A stretch of 63,598 nt of DNA, the filler included, from Platydemus manokwari (Eukaryota), in the NCBI GenBank assembly GCA_037951405.1. It is 5 parts of 5 records of this genome, joined end to end, with 100 filler letters (N's around TTAATTAATTAA, not from the genome) between each part and the next. Parts side by side here need not be neighbours in the genome. Positions count along the whole stretch, not along the records: positions 1 to 9,605 come from JBBMOY011227099.1; positions 9,706 to 24,793 come from JBBMOY011352537.1; 3 more parts are not named here. One strand, given 5' to 3'. A program made the translations under genes and the position numbers. Positions 1 to 12,490 of the stretch are shown here, one piece after another. Positions within the stretch are counted from its first letter, which is position 1; each line of letters opens with the position of its first letter. The notes beneath the pieces are model-generated. The model saw nothing but the letters and a program-made list of their open reading frames with translations, did no database searches and was not told the DNA's origin.

Positions 1-3000
1 AATATTAGCGTTAATAGAATATTTACCTTTGTCATTATATTAATCATTTTATTTGGTTACTATTGTTTTAGATTCAGTAACCCGCATGAGAACGACTTTA
101 ACGACAAATTACTGAAATATCTAAAGATCAAAGCTACATAAATTATATATATGTTATATGTCTTGTTCTTCCTTTTTCCTATAAGATTAGATCAAATATT
201 TTATTTTAAAATAACAAATTGTACTATTATTATCATTGCGGTAATTATTATCATTATTATTGTTGATATGATTATTATTATCATTTTTATTTTTTCATTT
301 TATTATTATTATATTTTACTCTTATATTATTATCGCTATTATTATTTCGTTCACATATTCGCTATCGCTTTCTATCTAATTCTGTTTTTAATTCTATTTC
401 TGTTACTAAATTCTTTGTTGGTTCCCACTGGCACCCCTTTTTGTTTACAATTTAAAAGAATACGCAAACTAATTATTCTACATAATAACATAAAGGGAAT
501 TAGAACATTACACATTCATTAAAGATAAAGATAATTAAAGCATTCACTAAATATAAAGATAAAAAGCGAAGCACAATATCAGTTTGTAAAAATAAACATT
601 AGTTTGTAAGTTATTGACCATGTTAAAATTACTTGGTAATAGCTGGAACTGGTGAATGGGATTGTTGTTCAGATTGGGAAATTGATTCTGACTGTAAGAT
701 TATTATTAGTATTGTTTTTGAATTAGAGAGATTTGTGATTTTTTGTGATGTTTAAAGGTTGTTTTTGTCAACTCAACAGCTTGAATTTTATCCCTTGTTA
801 TTTATTTCAAAAAAATAAACACTCAAGTTTTTTATAAAGTTTTATTTAAAAATTAATCAAAAAAAATCACAATTAGATTCAAACAAGTTAACTCAGACCG
901 AGAATTTAATAAACAAATAGGTAGAGTTGTCTCAGCGAGATAGTGAGAACTCAACTATAAATCTTACACTTTTAGAAATATAGATTATGATATTGTCCTA
1001 AAGTGAGACCCTTTAGAGCTTTATTACAAATTATATTATTAAGATTTAAACTTTACTCCAAAAAATTTATCTTCTCGTCGATTTAATTTGTATTATTCAA
1101 AGGCTATTACAATTCAGTCGTCGGCTACGATTACCAAATTTTTTAAAGAGTGAATTGTGATGGAAATCCATCAACTTATATAGATGCTGAAATACGGTAC
1201 TTTGTACCTAGGAATTTCCATCACTCTTGTAAATTTTTAACAATTATTTTAACTTAGACCCTAAATGTTTATGATTTTAAAAATTCTAAACCTTAAAATT
1301 TTATTAACTTTGTCTGAGCTTAAAAATTTTATTATTAAATAATTGACATTAAAAATTAAACATTAAATTTCTTTTTCTCTCTCTGTCTTGATTTATAAAT
1401 AATAATATATATTTTTTTATATCTGATTAAGCTAATATGTATTTTTATTCAGCATTTTGAAATCATTTATTTTTACATATAAATATAATTACATATAAAA
1501 AATAATTCTGTAAAGATACATAGTTAAAAGAGTTAAATAATCACATATTATAAAAGTCATTATTGGGAATTGTCCGTATCATAGAATTGTCTGGATTCGA
1601 ATTCTCGAAATTCGCAGATTTCATTTCGAATTCTTGCAGAGATCAGGCATCCAAATCTACACTCCAGATTTAGGTGGCCCAAGTTTCCCATTTTGGGTTT
1701 GGCTTTATGGGTTTAATAACAATCGGTGTACCGGGTCTTTGTTGTCTGGGGGATGTTTACTAGGTTCTTTGAGTGATTTGCGCATAGGTTTTGCAGTGGC
1801 TGCTGCTGTTGTTGTTGTTGCCTCCATTCATTATAGGATCTAACGGTATATGGAGTCTTTTATTTTTCGCTCTCCTCACTATCTGAGTAGAGCACTATAC
1901 GTTCCATATTGTTTTCCCAATAGATTGGAGATTGTGGATAAATATTGGGTGAGATTAATTGTTGTGTCGATTTTTGGAGATGTTAGAATAGAAATATTGT
2001 TGATTGAAACTATACTGGTGCTACTGGGTTTGAGAGATAGGTTTAAAATTTGAGAGAATTAGGTTTGATATTTTGTGTTGTTTAGAAAAATAGGTGTAAT
2101 AAAAGGATGAGTGGATTATTATTATTATTCAATAATTGTTTGTTTTAATACTTTGATTTTAGAATACTGTATTATTATAATTATCACTTAATCTCATTTG
2201 CTTTAAATATTGTTTATCAATTTAATGATTTGTTTAGAATTTGTTGCCTTTCTGTATTACAATTCATAAGATTTATTAAACAACCATACGAAGAAATCTT
2301 AAAAAAGATAATTGTAAAATATTATTATTATATGTTATCATTACGAATAATCACAACAAGCTAAAGCAAAATAAATTTCAAAACGAGGCTTTTAAAAATT
2401 AAAATCAATCAATTCAAGTTTAAAGATCAGTTAAATGTAAATTATCGAATCAGCTTTGGATTGGTCTAATTTGACATCGGATTGATTGTTTGAATATTGA
2501 GTTTTGGACAAAATTAGAATCAGATTTTGGTTTTAATTGGTTAATTTTGATGATGATGGAAATTGGGTTAAATTATATCTCTCATTTTTACAACCTCTAA
2601 AACTAATACGCAAGTAAGTTCCCCTGATGTACAAAGATGACAGATGATAAACCTTTTGTGATTTATACAATACAGCAACCAACAACTATTTTGGGTTAGG
2701 GTGAGTCTTAAAATGTTCTGCAATGCTTATATGGTTTCATGAGCTAAAGCTTATGTATCTAATTTATAAAAAATTTAAATGCAAACTATTTTACATTTTA
2801 TATTGATGAGATAAACGCGTGAAGTAACCCTTAATTTCTTTTTTAAAAAGTACATATTATTCTTCAGCTTTAAATTTTAAAAATATAATACACAATATGA
2901 AGTAATAAATTTGGAGATGAGGATAATACAACTCTATATCCAGAACACTAATATCGTGAATAGCCATTTTGGAATATTCTTAGGAAGCATGAGAAAAAAT

Positions 3001-4475
3001 ACATACAGATTAATTGTTAAGTTCAGTTATTAAAATATCTTTGAGTTACGGTAGAAAATGAAATGCGGTAATAAATAAATGGAAAATGGAGTTGTGAAGC
3101 TTTTCAGATTATTATTAGACATTTTTTCAAGGACATACCAGCCAGTCACTCAAATAAGCACACAGTGTCTACAATAATCATTTTTTTACATAATGAAATA
3201 GTAGGGGTACAACGTTGCATTCTACATTTTGATTTCACGAATCGAAATGAAAACAAATGTTTAATAGAAACTCATCTTGATATGGAAGGTGGTTTTTTAA
3301 ATAATGATATAAATCATATAACACGTGTTGACAAACGTAAATGAAATAATTAATGCAAACATGCAAAAATCAGTTAGGTAATGACCCAAAGTACTTTTGA
3401 TAATAAATTGACCTGATAACGGATTACACATCGTGAATGATTGAAATAAATAATTACGTAATCTCATAATTACTGGAAATTATAGAAAATCTTTTAATAT
3501 TATCATTATAACATTGGGTTAACTTTAATATCTTGTTTGATAATATTCAATTAATGTACTCTATAAATTTCATCTCCACGAGTCGAGGTATTAATTTAAA
3601 TCATATTCAACCCTACTATTAGACAACTGATTGTCATCAAGAATCATTAATCCAAGAACCAGTTGACTACCGCTAAATGTAATCAATGATAGATGCTAAA
3701 TTTTGATACCGATTTTGTAGTCGGCCAATAATAAAATGATTTTATGAACAACTTCATCACAATTGGTGAATATTATTAAATAATACCCATATAGTGCGGG
3801 CAAATATTGTGCAGATCTTATTCATTGGGATAAATAATGATTATTAAGTGAGAATGTGAAATGTTTAATCAATAAATCATTAAATCAGTAATAATAAAAC
3901 AATCAATATTATAAATATTAAATTGATCAAATCATAAAATCAATAATAATTACATAATCAATATGATCAATTAGTAATGGGAAATGTTTGATTTCAAATT
4001 AATTGAATAAATAAAACCAAAAAAAAATGATAAATAATCATTTAAAACATGCATCAATGAAATCAATATTAAATAAAAATCCAATATATATTCAATTTAA
4101 TAAATAAAATCAATATTTTTCCAATATAAAAACATTTGCAACAATTAATGGTTATCGATATTGACAAACCTTCACCCGATCGATGAATGGCTGTTTCAAA
4201 ACAGAAAAGGAGAACCGAATTATCAATTTAATAATTATAATGATAATATTATTATTAATAAAATATCCGAACCTTCTAAAAACGGAATAATTCTAGATAC
4301 ACAATAATCGGTCATGCTGATATGGTCGACATCTATCTACAATTGCACCGAAACCGTGAATAGTGCGCTCACCAATACACGGATACACACATACAAGCAC
4401 AGACACACACACAAGGCCAAATTTGATTAGTGTTTCTCGATTATTGAAAGAAATGCAGCATGGGAAAACTAATCC

Positions 4476-7400
4476 TCAAAATCTTCCATCTTTGAGAATC
4501 CGTTTCACTGCTGATCCGACAAACCCGGCGGCCTGACTGATTCCAGTGGCTGAATTTCCGGAACATGTCGGCGTTTTCCAATGAATGGAAAACTTGTAAG
4601 GGCTGATATCAGCAGATAGATTGAAATCGACTACACCTTCCATTTCTGCTTTACTGTTACCCATTGATGGTACATATGATTGAGGTCCATTCATGAGTTC
4701 CATGGCGTGAAATATTTCATCCGTTATTTGATTAACAAGACGATTTTTATGATCATTTGCATCACCCGACATTCCTTTCATGAGCTCAACATTAATTATC
4801 CATTTTTCCCACGGCGATTGTTCATTGCCTCCCAATGCCCAACCTTTCTTATGAGTTGCAAATTCCAACACTATATGACCCTTTGAATCACCTAGTTGAG
4901 ATTGTTGACGAAGAGCAGTAGCAAACTGATAAACGGGTTCATTGACTTTGGTTTTCATTTCCAAAGAAGAAACCACAATCTGAACAAGATTTTCAAATAA
5001 GAATAATCAAATCTTTCATCAAAATTATCGAGAAAGAGATAATCGATTGCCAATATTACAAGTCCAAATCACTGAACCGTATATATTCAATTAAGCCTAA
5101 AGCTAATAATCAGCCTCTTATTTATATGTTCATTAACGGAATTGTAAATAATTCAGATTAACCAATAGATAGCACGAAATAATATTTATTCTAACATAAT
5201 AGCTATTCTAATATCATAAGATGATAATAATGTATTAATTACAATTATAAAATATTAAATAAACACAATTTTATAACCAAATAAATAACCAATAAATTCT
5301 ACAAATAAAATTTACTTCACGATTATTATTATTACAGAATGACAAATTTTAATAATAATAATTACTATTATTTATAATGAAATTTTTTTATTAAGACCTA
5401 CTTAATATTAGTTTATAGATCGAATTGAAATCAATAAAAATATTTAACAGAATTCAAATGAAAATATATTTTGTTATGACGTGGATTTATTAATGAGCTT
5501 GTTAGAAAATGAATTTGGCAGAAATACAACGTGTTGGCTTAATATCAGTATTGGCAAATATCAAGATTGAAATCAGATCAATTAATAACGGTTTGACAGG
5601 AAAATTATTCATAAATATATTAAAAATGACAAATAATAACAGACTCATTAATAAATTGCATCAAATAATCGGTTTTGTTAACAGAAATACTAAAGAATGA
5701 CAAATGAAATAAGAAAAAATTCGGTGAAATAATACCGAGAAGCAAGTAAAAATCAATAAAATATGCTTATACTTTGCACACACAGAGACACAAATATCTT
5801 AAAATGGTTTCGTCCAATAAAATCGCAAGCATACAATTGTGATAATTCTTAACAAATCCTTCAGTCAGTGCCCATATAATTGGCCCACTAATATATGATG
5901 TGAACAGCCCACGAAATAAATATTTTCAATAATAAATATTATGAGGAAATTATCGCGTTGAGGGTTACACTAACCTTGTGATATACTTGTTAGCTAGTTC
6001 ATTGAATCACATATGATTCATAGATAGTTCACTCAATTACTTGTATTTAATTATTCTTCAACAAAACCTTTCATCAATCATATACAAACAATTTCTAATT
6101 TGGTGATGCCACAATTATATGGAAACAATTGAAACCATTTTTATTCTTTAAAACAATATTTTTGCTCCTTGATTTAAATCGAAGTAAATCTTTTCTTTGA
6201 CATCTCTCTGATAGCTATTTAGAAAAGGCTACCTCAAATAACCTTATTTAGACACCCCTCGCACTTTATTAATACAAATGCGTCTAAATATCACGTGTGT
6301 TTAGCATATACTGATTGATTCTCCTTTCCAGACAAATACAAATCTTTAATGCGATCTTTTCGAAAAATGGAAACATGTATTTATAAAACGTGATTTTTAT
6401 CGATTTTTTGAATGACTCGGAGAAAAATCGAATTAAAAAGGTTCGTCAGAACATATATAGAAATCATGTTAAAGGGTTTATGATTATGATTAGTGAAAGT
6501 TTTAGTTAAAAATTCATCTGAAAATTGAATCTGTGTAACCATTTTTCATAATCAAAAGACATCCCCATGCACAAAGGGCTGTACAAGATAGAAATATGCC
6601 ACCATCATGTATAATATTAGAAATAAACACACATTATTATTGCCCTCCCACAATTGCCCATCAAACATTTCAGATATTTATTCACATTTTTCATTATGAA
6701 ACAAACAAATTCGTTCATCGGTAATCACAGACAAGATCTGACAAACAAGTTTTCAATGAGATCAATTGGTAAACAATAGCGATTGTGATGATAATGATGA
6801 TAACGATGTCGATATTGATCATTGACAATGATAAACAAAGAAATGCCAATCACAACAAATACATATTTATATTGGTAGCGTTGAGAAAATTTGACACGCA
6901 ATTAAATCCCATCGTCTTATAAATCGATTTGACAAAAAACATTATTTATAAACTTTTATTACTTCCAAACTAATATTTAAAAACTTTTTAATCTCATTTT
7001 AACAAGAATTCAAAATTATAAATAACAATTTAAGAAAATACTTAAAGCAACTGATAAATTACAATTCAAATAGTTTATAAAGGCATTTATTTTATCAAAA
7101 ATATTTCTTTTTCATTAATGAAAGTTATTAATCTTACATAAGTGATTGGAATATTTTTGCAATCAATGTCACTCGTTCCAATATATGAATTATAGCTAAC
7201 ACATCCATTTTTGAACATTAACTGAAATTTTTAAATTAAATTTTAATCAAAATTAATCATAATTGAGTTACTGTAGGCAAAGTTCTATGAAATAGAACTG
7301 TGTGGAATATAGCTAAATTATAAATTTAATTAAACTTTATATCTGTACAATTTACAAAATTTTACCGCATATAGCTTCTTCAATTTCTTCTTCTAACAGA

Positions 7401-7487
7401 AGCTGAATGAAAGTAAAATTAATATTACACTGAGAAGAAATAATTTTAAAAAATTACAAAATGAATTTTATTTTCTCGACAATTCAT
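4476..7487 (-). CDS. ATG101: Autophagy-related protein 101 (HORMA domain, ULK1/Atg1 complex); complement(join(4476..4979,7138..7221,7272..7312,7366..7402,7458..7487)), 231 aa
   Basis: Five exons with GT..AG introns (55, 53, 50 and 2158 nt) and compatible phases give MNCRENKIHF-LLLEEEIEEAIC-AIFHTVLFHRTLPT-LMFKNGCVSYNSYIGTSDIDCKNIPITY-IVVSSLE...LEFATHKKGWALGGNEQSPWEKW...ISPYKFSI...VKRILKDGRF*. This is colinear with metazoan ATG101 (MNCRSE...AVLHTVLLHRS...GTQDVDCDFIDFTYVRVSS...LEFYQKKKSRWPF...PWEVW...RRLIKD). Confidence 0.95.
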
Positions 7488-8593
7488 AATAATATCAAAA
7501 TATATTAAGTGAATTGATAAACTTAAACAAAAGTTTATAGTTAAAAAGGTATTTTAAGAAATATACAGATTTTTTGTGTCATCGTTCATATTATATAATT
7601 AAAGAGATTTCAAATGGAAAACAAGCTTTAAAATATTTAAAGTTGTATAAATTTCTTTGCTTTAACATATACATGAACTGTCCGTAGGAGAGTAATTGCT
7701 TTTATGCCTGTTAACCGTTTGTTCTGCATGACTGAATTCTTGATACTACCGGAAATAGTGTAGGCATCACCTACTCAAATTACTTTAATGGAATGCAAAA
7801 TTTCCAATTTACTTCTACTCGGAATTCAAATTTGACTGCTCCAATGTACTCTGGAAGCCTAGTCAGCACTTATGCTGGGTTCAGCCATGTTCTTGCTTGC
7901 CACCACAACCATGGGACATTACTCAGTTAGACTACCATCATCATTGGTTTTGTAACTTTTTTGTTTCTAAATGTAACTGTTCGAGTTCTCTGCATTCTTA
8001 TCATGAATTTGTGACCTGTCAATCGGAGCATGCTCGGTTGGATATTTTGGAAGTTCTTTGTCATAGTTATTCATCGCATCGGCAGACGGACACCTTGCCT
8101 TTTGGTTATGTGTCTTTGAATACTGTCGAATTTGCCTCAAAATAATGATTATAAAATTACACATCATTTGATTCGTCTTTAAATAATTCTTCTAATTTTA
8201 CTATCTCTATTAATACTGGTGGTCGTCCGGTATTTGAAATTCAAGTGAGAAGATAAGTAAAAATGTTAGATTTAACAATATAGGTCCTTCTGACCACCTT
8301 ACCACCCCTGATTCAATCTGGGCATATATATCCCTCAAGAGTGATCATTTAGAAAAAAATATTTTAATTTGTTTGTAGCCTGGAAATTCACTGTTCTCTT
8401 CAATTTTAAATATAACTCTCCCATGGTGTTAATTTTTTACGATCATGCATTGGTAAATGAGTCTAGTAATGGATCTGATAAACGGGAGGATAAATATGAT
8501 AAACCCATCACAGATGAAATGCACAATACCCATACGCGCATTTCGCTAGAGAAAAATACTCTTATTTCAATCAGTACTATGAAGGGGATCTTG

Positions 8594-9470
8594 TTAAGAA
8601 GCGCAGACCTCTTTATTCTTTTGATAAACTTTTTTGTAAAATAAAAATTCTTCCCCTTTAAATCTTAGTTTAACCGCTTCGTGATTTTGACATTGAGCAA
8701 TCTGGTTATTATAAATATTTTCTGCACGATATTTATTTAAGCATATTAAACACATAATTTTGTTAATTTCTTCTAAACTAATCGGCAATTCTATTCTATT
8801 TAAATTCAATACATTTTCATATGAACTATAATTTGTAACTCCATTCGGATTTTGAATTATTAGATGTAAATAAGCTAAAATAGACCTTTCAAAACATTTA
8901 TTACCATTATTTTTAATATTTATAACTCCTTTTCTATTAAAAGGTAATTTTGAAAGTTTATAAAATTCATTGATATTTTTAACACATAAACAATACGAAC
9001 ATTCTTGATACATTTTTGTTTATTTTATTTAACTTTGTTTAAGTCTTCACTAAACTTTTCTTTTAACTCTCTCATGTTCTTTCTTAACTTCCCGTTATTT
9101 TATTTTCCAATCTTATATTAATTCCCTTAATCTTCAAATTTTTTTCCACCACGCCCTTAATAATTTCCTTGGATTCACTTATTTCTTCATCAGTCAGTGT
9201 ATTATCACTTAAAGCTTTTAATTGGAATAAATATAATTTATCTATATACTGTTTATTTGCTTCACTAACTTTTCTATAAAGTATTTTCTTTTTACTACTT
9301 AATCCAATTTAAAATGTTCCTGAAATAACAGAATTTATTCTTCCGAATGAACCGATTCTTATTGCAAAATAAAAAGTAATTACCCAAAATATTCCAAAAA
9401 CAGGAAAAGTTAGTAAAATTAATGTTGCGCATGTTAGAATTGCACTAGATTTCAAAATTGAATAGTTTAA
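8594..9470 (-). mobile_element. Decayed Polinton/Maverick (adintovirus-like) fragment: region associated with the protein-primed DNA polymerase B ORF plus an upstream small ORF remnant
   Basis: ORF 8594..9013 reads KGVINIKNNGNKCFERSILAYLH...NP...Y..YE..LNLNRIELPISLEEINK then CLICL...QCQNHEAVK. This resembles the 'INIKNxDNKCFxWSILAxLH...FPVxLxDI' and 'CxxC...HxxxCxxHEAVK' segments of Polinton-type PolB ORFs. Upstream (9150-9300) lies a disrupted frame KKKILYRKVSEANKQYIDKLYLFQLKALSDNTLTDEEI preceded by hydrophobic codons. Confidence 0.6.
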
Positions 9471-9479
9471 ACTATTATC

Positions 9480-9605
9480 GAAAGTCATCGTTTACTCGTG
9501 AAATTGTATGGCAAACATGCTCTTGCGTAAACACAATGTTTCGAGTGGTTTAAACGCTTCAAAATTGGCCATTTTGACATCCAAGACAAAGAGCGACCTG
9601 GACAG
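9480..9605 (+). mobile_element. mariner (Mos1-like) transposase N-terminal HTH fragment with one internal stop, cut by assembly gap
   Basis: Translates ESHRLLVKLYGKHALA*TQCFEWFKRFKIGHFDIQDKERPGQ, compare Mos1 ESHRMLVEAFGEQ...CERWFQRFKSGDFDVDDKE. Confidence 0.9.
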
Positions 9606-9705
9606 NNNNNNNNNNNNNNNNNNNNNNNNNNNNNNNNNNNNNNNNNNNNTTAATTAATTAANNNNNNNNNNNNNNNNNNNNNNNNNNNNNNNNNNNNNNN
9701 NNNNN
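9606..9705. other. Artificial scaffold linker N44-TTAATTAATTAA-N44
   Basis: The same 100-nt construct recurs at 24794, 35860 and 52099. TTAATTAATTAA places stops in all six frames. Confidence 0.97.
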
Positions 9706-10326
9706 ATAGATAAAAATAAAACAAAGCAGGCAATACAAAGCACCACTTGTGAAGAAATTTAAACAAAAAGCATGTACACAAAGCTACGCTTTGTCCCATA
9801 GAGTTCCATACGAAAAAATAGTATAAATACTGAGCATTGTCTCAGTCTAAATGCCTTACAGCGTTCCAGTTAGACAACTCGTGTAATCTGAGCGACTCTC
9901 TTGCAACAATCTACTATGAGTAATTATTATTTATTCACGCTTATCTCTTTAGTTATCACTGCAATCCCTTTACGGACTTGTCAGCACATATAACCACTAT
10001 ATCTTTCTAATCTTTAACCTGGTCAGGGTCTGTGTCCGAGCTATTAGGCGGCACCGACAATACCCATCCTCTTCAGGGATAAGAACCAAATCTTATCTTC
10101 TAGGAACTCTTCCTCTAATCATTTAGTTATTCAGCTTGTATTTATTGTAATAAATTAATAAATATCTTACGCCTCAATTTGTTGTTTTGCATTGTCATAA
10201 GGGTAACACCAGTGCTAGTATCCGCAATCCTTGGAGTCAGATTGTCAATTATCAAACCGCTCAATCCGTGAGATACGAAATCTCCACAGACATAATTATA
10301 ACTACTCTTATATTGTAATAATAACA
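9706..10326 (+). mobile_element. Possible LTR (3' part) of an LTR retrotransposon
   Basis: Raised GC, TATA-like GTATAAATA at 9821, AATAAA signals near 10148-10163 and an end in ...TAATATAACA. No second copy or PBS seen, and the 5' end falls in the gap. Confidence 0.35.
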
Positions 10327-11109
10327 TTGAGTTATTTTATTTCGATTGATAACAGTATTTATTTTTATGATCATTGACGATTATTGATGTTGTATTGTGA
10401 AGACTAATCTATACTATTTTATTTATTATTGGTTGAATTGCAAGGCGGATACTGGCAGTTGATTAGCGATCACACACACACTCAGCAAACACACAAACTA
10501 CCTACACATCTACACGTCAACTATATAAAAAAATTAATAAATCCTCACGTATCACAATTTCACACAATCATTAAATTCAAACCAAATATTCACACAAAGC
10601 ACAGACGCACTTTCCGATCCAACAAATGTTATGGAGCCCTTCAGCAGCTGACCACGCGAACCGAGTCGTTTTCGATGTTCAGTATTACAAAGAAGGAAGA
10701 GATCCCGAACGACATAAGGACCACAGACTGGAAGATGGAAATTTATTTGTCAGAAATTAGCTAGAAGAGTCCAATCAAACTTATGGAGTTTCGCAAACAT
10801 CTCAAAAAAGGGAAATGGGAAATTCAAAAAGCGCAGAATTCATCGATCTTGATGGAAGAGTATTCGAAGTGAAACGAGGAACCTCGTGGGAAGTTCAATT
10901 AGAAGACTGGAACACCAGAATAAGAGCAACCAACTTACCATCATAGATAGCCTAGGAATTAAGAGAGAAACCAGCTAAGGGATTCAATCCGAAGGAAAGG
11001 AAACCACTTCAAAGCATCCCGAACATGGAGTACAATCGAACACTAGAAGATATGAAGCACAGAAAATCGTTTTTAAGAACGACACTAAATCAAAATGAAA
11101 TCAAAAAGA

Positions 11110-11590
11110 AATTAATATTCCTCGACGCAGAATTCAAAGCTCGGAATGGAGACGGCTCCAGATCTCCATTAATTATAGCATTAATTATGGGGAAACTTAG
11201 ATGGACGCTAAAATAACACCAAGGTAATGGGTAATCGATTTCGGAGAAAAATATCATGGAATTCGAGAGAAACATACAAGGAACTGTCAGGATGAATACG
11301 AAGCTATTGAAGAGATGCAGGAACTACTGAAAGAGAAAATCTTGGTGGGCCACGACCTACAGATGGAGTTTAAATATTTAGCACTGAATGTCAAACAACT
11401 AATGGGAGTTAGAGACTTGGCAGCAGCCCTCGTGTTTAGAAACCTCAACATCCAAACCAAAGGCGACGGACAGTACTACAAATTATAATTACTAGCAAAA
11501 CAAATTGCCAACCTGGACATATAGAAAGGAACCCATTCTGCTTTAGAAGGAGCAAGGGCTGTCAGAATTATCTATAAAAAGATTGAAGAA
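11110..11590 (+). pseudogene. DEDDh 3'-5' exonuclease (REX4/ISG20-like) pseudogene, intronless
   Basis: ExoI LIFLDAEF at about 11112-11135. After a frameshift: EAIEEMQELLKEKILVGHDLQMEFKYL...VRDLA...YKL*LLAKQIANLDI*KGTHSALEGARAVRIIYKK, matching REX4-type ILVGHxLxxDF, RDTA, LKxLA and IQxGxHSxxEDARAxxxLY. Two in-frame stops; ExoIII Asp reads Gly. Confidence 0.85.
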
Positions 11591-12301
11591 AAGTGAGTTG
11601 ATTATCACCCCATCAGCAAAACCGCAAGAACCCAAAAAGAGAAAAATAACCCTACAAGATTATCATCAAAGGAAAATGAAAAGATTAGACGGCAAACAAC
11701 TGGGATGCTCTAAGGAAATACAAATAATAATTTATAGCGAAAGCGACAGCAAGGATGAAGCAACTATAAAAAACGCTGATGACCAGGAGATATTACATTG
11801 GGAAGAAATCGATGATACGTAAGACATGCTCAGAATCAGTACAGAGCATGTAGTAACAAACGCTAGTGAAATAATGATAGAAACAAACGACAATCTAGAA
11901 CACATTATACAACAAGAAATAGCAAGCATCCAACAAAAAACCCAGAAGCCGGAAGGGACGCCGAATATATCTATTACAGGATTTTGCGACGAAATTCAGA
12001 AAATTTACGTTAATCATAATCTCAAAGCAGACGAAGAAGACATGGTCGTTAAAGAAATAACTATCAGGATGGAACGAAAGAAAGACAAGAAGAAGATAGA
12101 AATGACATATAATTCGTGATTTACATGTGATATAAAGATTAAATCGTTATTATAAATCTTATTTATTTTAAATACATGAATGTGTATAATAAGGTGGAAA
12201 ATCATAGTATCTATAAATTTTGTTCATGAATAATTATAAGAAGAAAATCAATTTTAATACTTCGATTATTAATAAACTTGGTCCAGAGGGAGACTATAAT
12301 C

Positions 12302-12490
12302 TAGGGATTGACCAATCCCATTCATGTAAAAACCTAAATACCCAATAAGAACACAGAAAGGCAAACACCAAATCAAATTATAGTACATCATGACACAGAA
12401 AGATGCACACAGATCGCAAGTATAAAAAGCAATGTAAAGATAAACAACTGCCAGTTAGAAAACAGATTTGGTGAAGTTATTGAGGTCATA
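12302..12490 (+). repeat. Dispersed repeat starting with palindromic TAGGGATTG-AC-CAATCCC (copy 1; probably a non-autonomous DNA transposon end)
   Basis: Aligns by eye over about 190 nt with the reverse complement of 19370-19554 (…GGGATT.ACCAATCCCATTCATG.AAAAAC.TA…CCC.ATAAGAACA…ATGACACA.AAA…ATGTAAAGAT). Confidence 0.75.

Noticed and set aside
151-522. 123-codon hydrophobic ORF
   Set aside because: Product of ATT/TAT low-complexity sequence with no domain or splice support. Most other short ORFs in the track were rejected for the same reason.
1118-1136. Minus-strand TGGTAATCGTAGCCGAC as a possible primer-binding site
   Set aside because: Not preceded by an LTR-terminal CA and I cannot match it to a tRNA 3' end.
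5790-5850. Minus-strand peptide YACDFIGR as a candidate ATG101 exon
   Set aside because: The true exon (DIDCKNIPITY, 7138-7221) has proper splice sites and phase. This one lacks a fitting donor.
7690-8300. Possible pogo-like remnant (TGRPPVL on the minus strand) just upstream of ATG101
   Set aside because: Only the GRP word is recognisable; no DDE motifs or TIRs.
9650-9661. Recurrent TTAATTAATTAA as a biological motif (e.g. piggyBac target or PacI site)
   Set aside because: It is always centred in exactly 88 Ns, so it is an assembly artefact.
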